Positions 38,338 through 47,486 of a stretch of 47,486 nucleotides of DNA are shown here, in pieces. Origin of the DNA: an uncultured archaeon (lineage in GTDB: Archaea; Asgardarchaeota; Lokiarchaeia; Sigyniarchaeales; SOKP01); the NCBI GenBank assembly GCA_964632315.1, contig CAZWEM010000021.1, positions 16,564 to 64,049 of the forward strand, given 5' to 3'. Within the stretch, counting starts at the first letter, position 1. The number at the start of each line of letters is the position of its first letter. A program made the position numbers and the translations under genes. The notes beneath the pieces are model-generated. The model worked only from the letters and a program-made list of their open reading frames with translations, was not told where the DNA came from and searched no databases.

Positions 38338-40047
38338 ATGGTATTCAATACCTTTAAATTCAGAAAGGTTCCAAGTAAAAACACATCTTTTTATCATGTA
38401 AATTATTACGATCTATTGAAAGAACTCAATTTATATCGCATGACAAATAATAATTTAATTTCATATCTTCAAAAATCATTACCTTGGGAAAGCTTTTTAA
38501 ATTCAATGAAAGAGTTTGGGTTTTTCGTAATAACAAATACAGCAGAGTTAATTGAAGAAAAAGATGCTGAAAATAAAAATAAGCACGGATTTGGAATGAT
38601 AATTAGCAATTTAATTCATTCTGGTCCTCTGAGAGACGCTTCATTATTATATTTGTTGCCATACGTGATATTTCGCCCTTTCACAGAGGAACAATTAAAG
38701 ATTATAGTAAAACAAGCTCGAGATTATAAAATCCCCATCTCATTTTGTTCTGGAAAGACAGGATTATCTGGAGCATATGCTAATTATGCTATTTTAGTAG
38801 ATTTAATAAACTTACATTCCCTCAAAAATCCGATCACGTTAAATGTAGAGTCTGAAACAGTTACTGTTGAACAAGGCGTTCAGGTATCTGATTTAATCAA
38901 ACAAGTCCCATATAATACCAATGATGAGTTTATATTTCCGATCCAACCTTCAAGCGCTTATAAATTACCTGTTCGCATTGGAGGGATAATTTCTACAGAT
39001 GCTAGCGGGATCACTTCGGGCAAACTTGGATCTACCAAAGATTGGATTAAAAATATTAGAATTATGGATCCGGAAGGACATATTGAAGAAATTACACCAT
39101 TACATCCTCTTTACTCTAAAATCGTCGGAGGAAATGGTTTTTATGGGGTAGTTTTAACCGCGACAATTAAATTATATCGACCTGATAAAAATCTTAGAAG
39201 TGCGATAATTTATGGAACAGAAATAAACCAAGCATTTCAAAGCTTACAGAAAATTTTAGATAAAAAAATCTTCCCCTTGATTAGTGAATTCGTCGCATCG
39301 CTCGAATTTCTTCCCGGAAAATTTAAGGAATTATCAAACCACTCAATATCATCTCAATTCATTAGATGGGGTACTTTAATTAAAGGGGAAAATGAAACCG
39401 TGCAACAATTCATCGATATAATGCAGAAAAATTCAGAATCTTCTTTTATTAACCTAACAGAAGAAGAATTCCAGACATACTTGAAAGAAAGAACCAAATT
39501 TGGCTTACTCATTCAAACTGAAGATAATGAAGAATATCTAGGTTTTCCTGGATTTGAGGATATATTATCAGAACCAAAATATCTTCCCGAAATCATACAA
39601 AAAATTAATGATATTTTAAAAGAATATAGTTTTCATCCATTAATTTTCACTTATGGACACATTAATTTTCGAAGAGGAAAAGGGTTACTATTACACGTAC
39701 GACTTCCTGTACCAATCAAGTACTTTTATAGAGAAAATACTGAAAAATCAAAGATAATTTGTGAAACTGTATATGAAGTAATTAATACCTTAAATCTTCA
39801 ATTCAATATACGATATAAAGCAGAACACAGTGGAGGGCCCTTCAAAATATGGTTAGATCCAAAAGTAAGAACCCAATTAAGGAAGGATATTGAACAAGGT
39901 TCAGCATTTCTTAATCCGCATTTAATGATGATTGATCATTTAATAAGAGAAAAGTATAAAATTTCATCAGAGAAAGAATTAAATATTCTTAAAGATAGTA
40001 TAAAAAAAGATTTGTTTATTTCAGCAATGACATTATATCTTAATTAA
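38338..40047 (+). CDS. FAD-binding oxidoreductase (GlcD/PCMH family)
   Basis: SGKTGLSG, IGGIISTDASG, GGNGFYGVV, YGH, AEH; ATG 38440 more likely start. Confidence 0.82.
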   Translation: MVFNTFKFRKVPSKNTSFYHVNYYDLLKELNLYRMTNNNLISYLQKSLPWESFLNSMKEFGFFVITNTAELIEEKDAENKNKHGFGMIISNLIHSGPLRDASLLYLLPYVIFRPFTEEQLKIIVKQARDYKIPISFCSGKTGLSGAYANYAILVDLINLHSLKNPITLNVESETVTVEQGVQVSDLIKQVPYNTNDEFIFPIQPSSAYKLPVRIGGIISTDASGITSGKLGSTKDWIKNIRIMDPEGHIEEITPLHPLYSKIVGGNGFYGVVLTATIKLYRPDKNLRSAIIYGTEINQAFQSLQKILDKKIFPLISEFVASLEFLPGKFKELSNHSISSQFIRWGTLIKGENETVQQFIDIMQKNSESSFINLTEEEFQTYLKERTKFGLLIQTEDNEEYLGFPGFEDILSEPKYLPEIIQKINDILKEYSFHPLIFTYGHINFRRGKGLLLHVRLPVPIKYFYRENTEKSKIICETVYEVINTLNLQFNIRYKAEHSGGPFKIWLDPKVRTQLRKDIEQGSAFLNPHLMMIDHLIREKYKISSEKELNILKDSIKKDLFISAMTLYLN

Positions 40048-40129
40048 ATTATATTTATTATAAATTCAAGGTGTAAAAGCAACAATAAGATCTAAATTTT
40101 TTAAATCAATGTAGATTTTTCAATTAAAA

Positions 40130-41011
40130 ATGATTTCAAAAAAGTTAAAATTAGTTAAATCTCCAATAATTTCTTGTTCTCGACGAACTGACATCCCAGC
40201 ATTCTTAATGGAATGGATTATTAAGAGGATCCAAGATGGATTTGTCGATGTTGTTAATCCATTTAACAAAAAACAAGTATCTAGAGTCTCATTGAGCTCA
40301 GAACACGTCAAATGTGTTGTTTGGTGGAGTAAAAATTATAATGATTGGATTAGAGCGTATAATGATAATACAGCACTTTTTAATCGATACAAGACTCATG
40401 TATTTCACTTTACGATTAATTCTCCATCAGAATTGGAGAGATATGTAAAAATTTCTTTAGAAGAACGTTTTAAACAATTAAAATGGTTAATAGATAAATT
40501 TAGTGATAAAGCTATAAATTTTAGATATGACCCTATTATATTTTACAAAAAACAGGGAGAGAACCAGATCTTCAACAATTTAGAGAAATTTAGCGATATT
40601 ATTGAAAATGTTTCAGCATTAGGTGTAAAAGAAGTCATTTTTTCCTTTGCAACAATTTATCCTAAAGTTAAAAAACGCATGATTTCCAATGGATTTATTC
40701 CAATAGATCTCCCCCAGGGAAAAAAAGTAATAGTTCTAAAAAGTTTAATCAAAACTTGCCAAAAATACGACATGCAGATGAAAGCTTGCTGTCAACCAGA
40801 ATTACTTAGTATAGAAGGCATTGAACAAGCGCATTGTATTGACGCATACAAAATTCAGGATCTAATTGGAGAAGATATCTCTAAAAAGAGAGATACTGGC
40901 CAGAGAAAATTTTGTGGCTGTTATAAATCTAAGGATATAGGAGGATATTCTGGTATTTTTCTCTGTAAGCATAAGTGTTTATATTGTTACGCATCTCCTA
41001 TAAAATCTTAA
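40130..41011 (+). CDS. DUF1848-family protein
   Basis: IISCSRRTDIPAF, WSKN, RYDPI, C-terminal QR..CGC..S.DIG.Y and CKHKCLYCYA. Confidence 0.9.
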   Translation: MISKKLKLVKSPIISCSRRTDIPAFLMEWIIKRIQDGFVDVVNPFNKKQVSRVSLSSEHVKCVVWWSKNYNDWIRAYNDNTALFNRYKTHVFHFTINSPSELERYVKISLEERFKQLKWLIDKFSDKAINFRYDPIIFYKKQGENQIFNNLEKFSDIIENVSALGVKEVIFSFATIYPKVKKRMISNGFIPIDLPQGKKVIVLKSLIKTCQKYDMQMKACCQPELLSIEGIEQAHCIDAYKIQDLIGEDISKKRDTGQRKFCGCYKSKDIGGYSGIFLCKHKCLYCYASPIKS

Positions 41012-41146
41012 AATCTTGCTTCAATTAAGATTAGTTGAACTCTACATAAATAAAAAAACAATAGCTTTATTAAACAGTTTAATCAAAGTAGAATTGCAAA
41101 ATAAATTTAGGAGATTTTTATAAATCAAATAATTAGGTAGAATCTC

Positions 41147-41878
41147 ATGGCAATCGAATTACTTGATATGGTACATGGCATATTCACAATCGTATTTGTA
41201 ATTATTTCTATAATTACGGGTTTAATCATTGTCGTTAAATATTTTCAGCTAAGAAAAAGCCAATTTTTACTATTTGGATTATTTTGGATTGGTCTAACGA
41301 CTCCTTGGTGGCCCACAGTAATAATTTTCATACTTGCATTAGCAACTGGCACTTCTATTAGTATACAAGCTTTTATAGTGGTAGGAATTGCGTTTTTACC
41401 CATCACGATCACATTGGGATTGATTGCATTCTTGAAAGTCCTGCCAATGAAAAAGAGAAGTAAGAGAATTATACTAATAACTAATATTATCATAAACGCT
41501 GCTTATGAAATATACTTTTTTGCTTTTCTATTCATAGATATCTCAATGATCGCTGAAGCGTCAGAAACTTCTCCTTTTATGCTGAACTGGTCAATACCAA
41601 GTCAAATATATTTCATTATTAGTTTATTATTTTTCCTATATGTCGGTATTTCATTTTCAGTTGTTTCTATTAAATCAGAAGATAAAACAGTTAAGTTAAA
41701 AGGAAAATTTCTTTTGATCGCGTTCCTATCGTTTATAATTGGTACAGTAGTAGATTTTGCTATTCCAACCACTATTGTCTTTGTCATTGCAAGGTTAATC
41801 TTGTTAACTAGCACGATAGAATTCTATATCGGTTTAATGTTACCTAAATGGATCAAGGAACTTTTCATAAAATCCTAA
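41147..41878 (+). CDS. hypothetical 7-TM membrane protein
   Basis: Seven hydrophobic segments, PWWP, C-terminal PKW; no soluble domain. Confidence 0.8.
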   Translation: MAIELLDMVHGIFTIVFVIISIITGLIIVVKYFQLRKSQFLLFGLFWIGLTTPWWPTVIIFILALATGTSISIQAFIVVGIAFLPITITLGLIAFLKVLPMKKRSKRIILITNIIINAAYEIYFFAFLFIDISMIAEASETSPFMLNWSIPSQIYFIISLLFFLYVGISFSVVSIKSEDKTVKLKGKFLLIAFLSFIIGTVVDFAIPTTIVFVIARLILLTSTIEFYIGLMLPKWIKELFIKS

Positions 41879-41921
41879 TTAACCTTTTTTTATTTCATAA
41901 TTATCTAAGAGTTTTTTAATT

Positions 41922-43475
41922 ATGCTTGATCAAGATCTTCAAGAGTTTTATGATGTAGTGATTGTTGGTGCTGGAAATGGGGGTTTAACAGCAGCAACCC
42001 AACTTGCTTTAGAAGGAGTCAGAGTACTCCTTTTAGAACAACACAATTTGCCAGGGGGATTTGCTACTAGTTTTGTTAGAGGTAGGTTTGAATTTGAAGC
42101 AACTCTTCATGAATTATGTGATTTTGGACCTCGCGATAATAAGGGTTCAATACGGAAATTATTTGAGAACGACTTAAATCTCGATGTAGAGTTTGTAGAG
42201 ATACCAGAAGCATTTCGATTAATTTGTACGGATAAAGATAATCCAATTGATATTATTGTACCATTTGGTACCACAAATTTCGTAGAGGCTATTGAGAAAG
42301 CCGTTCCTGGAAGTAAAGTTTCACTATTGAACTATTTAAAACTATCTAATGAGATAAATAGAGCAATTTCTTATTTAACCGAATCTCAAGGTAATCCTGA
42401 AAAAGAAATTTTATTGAAGAAGTATAAGAATTTCTTAAAATCAGTTCCATACAGCTTAGATGAAGTCAATAATGCATTAAAAATACCTAAAAAAGCACAA
42501 GAGATTTTAAATGCTTATTGGATCTATATTGGAATTCCTACAAGTAGAGTAAATTTCACTTTTTATTCAGCAATGCACTATTACTTTCTCACTCGGAAAG
42601 CTTATTTTCCAAAATACAGATCACATGATTTTTCTACAGCGATGGAATCTAAAATACAAGAGCATGGTGGAAAAATCCTCTATAACACGAGAGTTGAAAA
42701 AGTCATAGTTAAAGATGGAAAAGTCATTGGAGTTCAAACTTCTAAGGGAGATAAGATAAGGACAAATCATGTAATATCAAATGCTTCTCCCACAATACTT
42801 TTCAATGATCTAATCTATCCTAAAGAAGAGGTTCCCGATATAGCTTATCAATTTGTTAATGCTCGAAGGCATGCAATTAGTTGTTTTACAGTATATTTGG
42901 GATTAAATGCTTCTGCAGAACAGTTAGGTATTTCAAACTATAGTTATCACTTATTTGATACAATGGATACAGAAGAAATCTACAGATCCTTTAACACGTT
43001 AAATCCACCTTTAGTACAAGCCACAACTTGTCTGAATAACATAATACCCGATTGTTCCCCTCCAAACACTTCAATGCTAATGATCACTACTTTCTTTTTA
43101 CCAGGAGTTTGGGATAATGTAAATCCTCAAGACTATTTCAAATTAAAATCTAGAATTGCGAATGATATAATTTCATCCTTTGAGAAGGCACTAGATACAT
43201 CGATTAAAAAAAATATTGAAGAAATTGAAATTGCAACGCCTCAAACTCTGGCTAGATATACGGGTGCGTTTCGTGGATCTGCTTATGGTTATGAAAGTGA
43301 TCCCTGGGATTCATTTATCCCGAGACTAATGGCAATGAACGAAGAAAAATATATCCAAGGTTTAGAGATATGTGGTGGTTATTCTTCACAAGGAGTGAGT
43401 TATACTAACTCTCTATTATCAGGACAGATATCTGCATTTTTAACTTTACAAAAGATTGAGGAGGAGAACAAATGA
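41922..43475 (+). CDS. FAD-dependent oxidoreductase, phytoene desaturase/CrtISO/retinol saturase family
   Basis: GAGNGGL, LLEQHNLPGG, RGRFEFE, FTVYLG, ATPQTLARYT...GSAYG. Confidence 0.9.
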   Translation: MLDQDLQEFYDVVIVGAGNGGLTAATQLALEGVRVLLLEQHNLPGGFATSFVRGRFEFEATLHELCDFGPRDNKGSIRKLFENDLNLDVEFVEIPEAFRLICTDKDNPIDIIVPFGTTNFVEAIEKAVPGSKVSLLNYLKLSNEINRAISYLTESQGNPEKEILLKKYKNFLKSVPYSLDEVNNALKIPKKAQEILNAYWIYIGIPTSRVNFTFYSAMHYYFLTRKAYFPKYRSHDFSTAMESKIQEHGGKILYNTRVEKVIVKDGKVIGVQTSKGDKIRTNHVISNASPTILFNDLIYPKEEVPDIAYQFVNARRHAISCFTVYLGLNASAEQLGISNYSYHLFDTMDTEEIYRSFNTLNPPLVQATTCLNNIIPDCSPPNTSMLMITTFFLPGVWDNVNPQDYFKLKSRIANDIISSFEKALDTSIKKNIEEIEIATPQTLARYTGAFRGSAYGYESDPWDSFIPRLMAMNEEKYIQGLEICGGYSSQGVSYTNSLLSGQISAFLTLQKIEEENK

Positions 43476-44695
43476 AAGAAGAAAATGAAGATTTTAATCT
43501 TAGTGTTAAAGGAAATATCAGAGATCTGCTTGCTTTTAAAAATTTAATTTCCAAGAGACGTAAACTGATTCATAAGGCATCAAGTGAACCCATAGAGGAA
43601 GATCAAATCAAGTTGCTTTCTAATAGTCTACATCCCTTAAAACAATCATTAGTAATAAGTGAAATTGAAGATGAAACTAAATCGACAAGGACATATCGCC
43701 TTATCTCAGACAAAGAAGGCGATTCATTAGCATATTTCAGAGCTGGTCAGTATTTGAGCTTAAAAGTTAAAATAAATGATGTAATTGTTACAAGGCCTTA
43801 TTCAATAAGCTCCTCTCCGTTAGACTGCTTGAATGGTTTTTATGAAATTACAATTAAAAAAACAGAAGATGGATTTGTAACAAATTATATCTGGGATACT
43901 TGGGAAGTAGGAACTAAAATTGAAAGCTCTGGTCCCGAAGGATCATTTTATTTCGAACCGTTAAGGGACGGAAATCATATAGTCGGAATAGCGGGTGGAT
44001 CGGGGATAACACCATTTAAATCAATAGCTATGGCAATAGTTCAAGGTTTAATTGATACAAAGTTAACGATTTTCTATGGGAGTAGCGAAGAAGAAGATAT
44101 TATCTTTTTCGATTATTTTAAGAATTTTGAAAGTCAAAATCCTGGTAAATTTAAGTTAATACATGTATTGAGTTGTGAAGAAGTTAATTTAGAGGGATGC
44201 GAAAAAGGATTCATTACAGCTGAAATAATTGAGAAATACTTGGATGTGAGTAATTGTTCCTTTTTTATATGTGGTCCTCAAGTAATGTATGATTTTCTCG
44301 ATGAAGAATTGGAAAAATTTGAGTTACCTCCTAAAAGTATTCGAAGAGAAGTGTACGGTCAAATAAAAGATATTAGCTCTTGTATCGGATATCCTCAAGA
44401 ATTAATTAACAAAACCTTTTCAATTAAAGTTGAAACTGGAAACTTAGAAACTGAAATTTTGGGTTTAGCTAATGAATCCATCCTTATAGCATTGGAGAAA
44501 GCAAAATTAGCACCACCGTCTAGTTGTAGATCGGGTTCATGTGGTTATTGCCGATCGCGATTAGTGTCAGGTGAGATATTTGTAAATCCTCGTGAAGATG
44601 GAAGGAGACTTGCTGATAAGAATCGAGGCTTCTTTCATCCTTGTTCTTCATATCCAATTTCAGACATTCATATAATAATGCCTAGATCACCATAA
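43472..44695 (+). CDS. FNR-type flavin reductase with C-terminal [2Fe-2S] ferredoxin
   Basis: AGQY, RPYSISS, GPEG, AGGSGITP, ICGP, CRSGSCGYC...C; ATGA overlap with the upstream gene. Confidence 0.93.
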   Translation: MKEENEDFNLSVKGNIRDLLAFKNLISKRRKLIHKASSEPIEEDQIKLLSNSLHPLKQSLVISEIEDETKSTRTYRLISDKEGDSLAYFRAGQYLSLKVKINDVIVTRPYSISSSPLDCLNGFYEITIKKTEDGFVTNYIWDTWEVGTKIESSGPEGSFYFEPLRDGNHIVGIAGGSGITPFKSIAMAIVQGLIDTKLTIFYGSSEEEDIIFFDYFKNFESQNPGKFKLIHVLSCEEVNLEGCEKGFITAEIIEKYLDVSNCSFFICGPQVMYDFLDEELEKFELPPKSIRREVYGQIKDISSCIGYPQELINKTFSIKVETGNLETEILGLANESILIALEKAKLAPPSSCRSGSCGYCRSRLVSGEIFVNPREDGRRLADKNRGFFHPCSSYPISDIHIIMPRSP

Positions 44696-44844
44696 GTAGA
44701 ACATTCTAAGAGAGAAAACAATATTAATAAATTTGAACCAGTAAAATGAGATTGGAAAAGCTCAAAGATATAAAGTTTATATATCTAACTATGAATATTT
44801 ACCTTAATTCAAGGAAAAGAGATTATCATTCCGCATTTTAAAAG

Positions 44845-45903
44845 ATGTCGAATAAACTAACGCCAAGAGATATTAATCGATATAAAAAGGAATATATCGG
44901 AAAGTTAGCTGTTGCAGCTAAAAAAGCAAGAGAGAGTGGTGATAAACCATTTATTTTTCATTTTCTTACCACACTAAAGTGTAACTGTGATTGTGAAACT
45001 TGTCTTTGGAAAGACAATACTGCGAGAGGAGAACTATCACTAAATGAGATTAAAAGAATTTATAAAGAAGCCAAAGATGCTGGGTTTATAATGACAGTTC
45101 TTTGGGGCGGAGAGCCAACCCTTCGAAAAGATTTATCAGATATCATTAATTTTATCAAATATGAGGCTGGATTTGCATTTATTGGAATGGTAACCAATGG
45201 GTTTTTAATACCAAAACAAATTCATGAGTATGGAAATGATCTAAACTTACTACTGATATCCTTAGATTCCCCATTGAGAGAAGAACATGATCAGATCCGT
45301 GGTTTGGATGGTCTTTATGACAAAGTGTTAGAGTCTGTAGACATTATTAAAAAGGAATATCCCCTCATATCTTTGCAATTTAGCTTCTCTATAAGTAAAT
45401 ATAATATACATCGAGTAAAAGAAATGATCGCATTAGGAGATAAACTTGAAGTCCCAGTTGCTTTTAACGTAATTAACACGATTCAGCATTATTCAGATGG
45501 TGATGTTGATAAAAAAGGATTACTCTCAGCTAAGGATGAAGAAATAAGTAAAGCCTTCAAAAAAATTTACAATGCTAAGAAAAATGGGTCAAAAATTTTG
45601 AACTCAGAAATGTATCTGAAACACTTCATTGATGGGAAAAAGCCATATAATTGTCATGCAAGAAAAGTTTTCATGTATGTTAACTATAATGGCGATATAG
45701 AAAACTGTTTGCAATTAGACAAACCAATTGCGAACTTGCGGAACGTATCTGTAAAAGAAGTATTGGAATTACCTCGATTTAAACAGTTTTTGAACCAAGC
45801 CGAAAAATGTCAAAGCTGTAATTCTCCAACAATGATTGATACTAGTTACTTTTGGGATGATTTTAGCTTATTAACCAAGTCTGGTGGAATTTCATTTGGT
45901 TAA
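44845..45903 (+). CDS. radical SAM protein with C-terminal SPASM/Twitch-like domain
   Basis: CNCDCETC, GGEP, VTNG, ISLDS, HDQIRG; C-terminal C...GDIENC...CQSC. Confidence 0.92.
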   Translation: MSNKLTPRDINRYKKEYIGKLAVAAKKARESGDKPFIFHFLTTLKCNCDCETCLWKDNTARGELSLNEIKRIYKEAKDAGFIMTVLWGGEPTLRKDLSDIINFIKYEAGFAFIGMVTNGFLIPKQIHEYGNDLNLLLISLDSPLREEHDQIRGLDGLYDKVLESVDIIKKEYPLISLQFSFSISKYNIHRVKEMIALGDKLEVPVAFNVINTIQHYSDGDVDKKGLLSAKDEEISKAFKKIYNAKKNGSKILNSEMYLKHFIDGKKPYNCHARKVFMYVNYNGDIENCLQLDKPIANLRNVSVKEVLELPRFKQFLNQAEKCQSCNSPTMIDTSYFWDDFSLLTKSGGISFG

Positions 45904-45952
45904 GTGAAGTTAAACTTTTTTAATAGGAAGAAAATCTATAAATAAAATGTGA

Positions 45953-47486
45953 ATGGAACTACATACAATTATAGCAAAATTGGTGATAAAAATCGCAAGA
46001 ATTTTGAGAGTAGATTTAGATACTAAAAACGTGCAGTTTGAAGATTATACCAGTGATGATGAACATAATCTAATTGGAGGCATGGGCTTAGCAACTGCTA
46101 TTTTCACTCGAGAGGTAGATCCTAATATAGATCCCTTTGATGCTGGTAACTTATTAATCTTTTCAGTTGGACCGTTTTGTGGTACGGCAATTCCCTTTTG
46201 TGGGAGGTTCTTTGTCACTTCAAAGTCACCATTAACAAAAATATTAGGAGAAGCGTCTTCTGGTGGATTTTTTGGGAAGGAACTTAAATCTGCAGGAATA
46301 GACCTATTAATCATTAAAGGTAAGAGCCAAAATCCAGTTTTTCTGTGGATTGATGACATGAAAGCGGAAATAAAAGACGCATCGGAATTTTGGGGTAAAG
46401 GAACACAAGATACAGATAAAGAAATTAAAAAAATTCTCAATAATGATAAAATTAAAGTAGCTTCAATCGGACCAGCTGGAGAAAATGTAGTAAAATATGC
46501 ATCGATCATCAATGACAAACATCACGTTGCTGGACGATGTGGAATGGGCGCCATAATGGGCAGTAAAAAATTAAAGGCTATCGCTATTTACGGATCCGGC
46601 AAAGCCCCCGTCCATAATAAGGAGCAAGTAAATGAAGCAGCTAAAGAGTTAAGAGAATTATTAAAAAAATCTGCATTAGGAATGGTAATGGCAGATTCAG
46701 GAACTCCAGTCCACATTGATTCCATGTATAGTGTAGGAGATGTTATAATTAAGAACTATACTGAAGGAAGATGGATTGGAATCAAACAAATTGGAGCAAA
46801 AGCATTACAAGCACGAGGAGAAGTTAAGATGCATGGCTGCTTTAATTGTCCGACGGCTTGTAGAGGATTTGTAGAATATGAGGGAGAGTGGGTAACTCGC
46901 CCCGAATATGAAACTTTGGGAATGTTGGGTTCTAATTTGATGGTCAATGATTTAGAGGCATTAATTAAATGGAATTTAATAGTGAATGATCTTGGATTAG
47001 ATTCTATTAGCTTAGGGGCTTCAATTGGATGTTTTCTTGAATCAATCGAGAGGAAATTGATAGATTTAAACTTAGAAGATTTTAGTTTCACTGAGGAGAA
47101 CATATGGGGAAATTTGGAATCAATAGAGAAGTTATTTCATAAAATTGCATATCGAGAAGGAATTGGAAATGATTTAGCTGAGGGAGTAAGAAATTTTTGT
47201 GAATTAAAGGGGTTACCTGAAGAAATGTCAATGCATGGTAAAGGATTAGAAATTCCTGCTCATGAACCTCGAGCAAATAATATGACCGCATTAGATTATG
47301 CTACGACCCCCCGTGGAGCATATCATTGTTATGAACCGATGCATTTGTCTTCCTACATGAATCAAAAAGAAGAAATTGGACTTACGGAAAGAGTGGATAA
47401 ATTTGGAACGGGGGATGACGTCGTAGAGGCCGTAATTAAGATTCAAGATGCAAGTGAAGCTTACGCTGCTTGTGGAGGGTGTATAT
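45953..47486 (+). CDS. aor: tungsten-dependent aldehyde:ferredoxin oxidoreductase family, truncated by window end (not in ORF track)
   Basis: My translation gives RILRVDL, IGGMGLA, KSPLT, SSGGFFGKELK, IGPAGE, GRCGMGAIMGSKKLKAI, CFNCPTAC, PEYET, GLDSIS, KGLE.PAH.PR. Confidence 0.94.
   Translation, partial: MELHTIIAKLVIKIARILRVDLDTKNVQFEDYTSDDEHNLIGGMGLATAIFTREVDPNIDPFDAGNLLIFSVGPFCGTAIPFCGRFFVTSKSPLTKILGEASSGGFFGKELKSAGIDLLIIKGKSQNPVFLWIDDMKAEIKDASEFWGKGTQDTDKEIKKILNNDKIKVASIGPAGENVVKYASIINDKHHVAGRCGMGAIMGSKKLKAIAIYGSGKAPVHNKEQVNEAAKELRELLKKSALGMVMADSGTPVHIDSMYSVGDVIIKNYTEGRWIGIKQIGAKALQARGEVKMHGCFNCPTACRGFVEYEGEWVTRPEYETLGMLGSNLMVNDLEALIKWNLIVNDLGLDSISLGASIGCFLESIERKLIDLNLEDFSFTEENIWGNLESIEKLFHKIAYREGIGNDLAEGVRNFCELKGLPEEMSMHGKGLEIPAHEPRANNMTALDYATTPRGAYHCYEPMHLSSYMNQKEEIGLTERVDKFGTGDDVVEAVIKIQDASEAYAACGGCI

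Noticed and set aside
41035-41042. TTGAACTC resembling the vps4 half-site
   Set aside because: Spacing to the nearest TATA-like sequence does not match the other copies and the match is too short.
700-47291. Many short ORFs antisense to or overlapping real genes (e.g. 700..912, 1873..2214, 9282..9677, 10496..10924, 29087..30406, 46045..46518, 46756..47103, 47088..47291)
   Set aside because: They lie opposite or inside well-supported CDS, including the un-tracked AOR, have Ser/Phe/Ile-rich shadow composition and show no motifs.
1-47486. Selenocysteine or pyrrolysine read-through
   Set aside because: TGA- and TAG-terminated ORFs appear complete for their families, with no obvious continuing homology; no MttB/MtmB or known selenoprotein family is present.

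Overview
AT-rich archaeal chromosomal segment, very likely from a Lokiarchaeia (Asgard) genome. The inference rests on the eukaryote-like ESCRT cluster (Vps2/24/46-like ESCRT-III, MIT-domain Vps4, Vps25, Vps22/36-like), two leucine-rich-repeat proteins, and archaeal tRNAs without encoded CCA. The window holds about 40 CDS, including a truncated aldehyde:ferredoxin oxidoreductase absent from the ORF track, plus tRNA-Val(GAC) and tRNA-Gly(GCC). I saw no integrase, transposase, CRISPR array or rRNA. Most interesting observations: (1) a ~21-bp element with a TGGAnTCCA palindrome directly upstream of TATA-like boxes in both the ESCRT-III promoter and the promoter of an orphan 68-aa gene 7 kb away, with a degenerate copy before vps4, suggesting an undescribed ESCRT regulon; (2) a 28-nt hairpin intron in the D-loop of tRNA-Gly; (3) several remodelled proteins: a Zn-ribbon/DENN-like protein, an orphan OppC-like permease lacking its EAA loop, a surface-anchored MJ0301-like metallo-hydrolase and a stand-alone GH20 N-terminal-like domain; (4) a probable gene-conversion tract between tandem metallo-beta-lactamase-fold paralogues. 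All family calls come from reading motifs by eye; no database searches were run.
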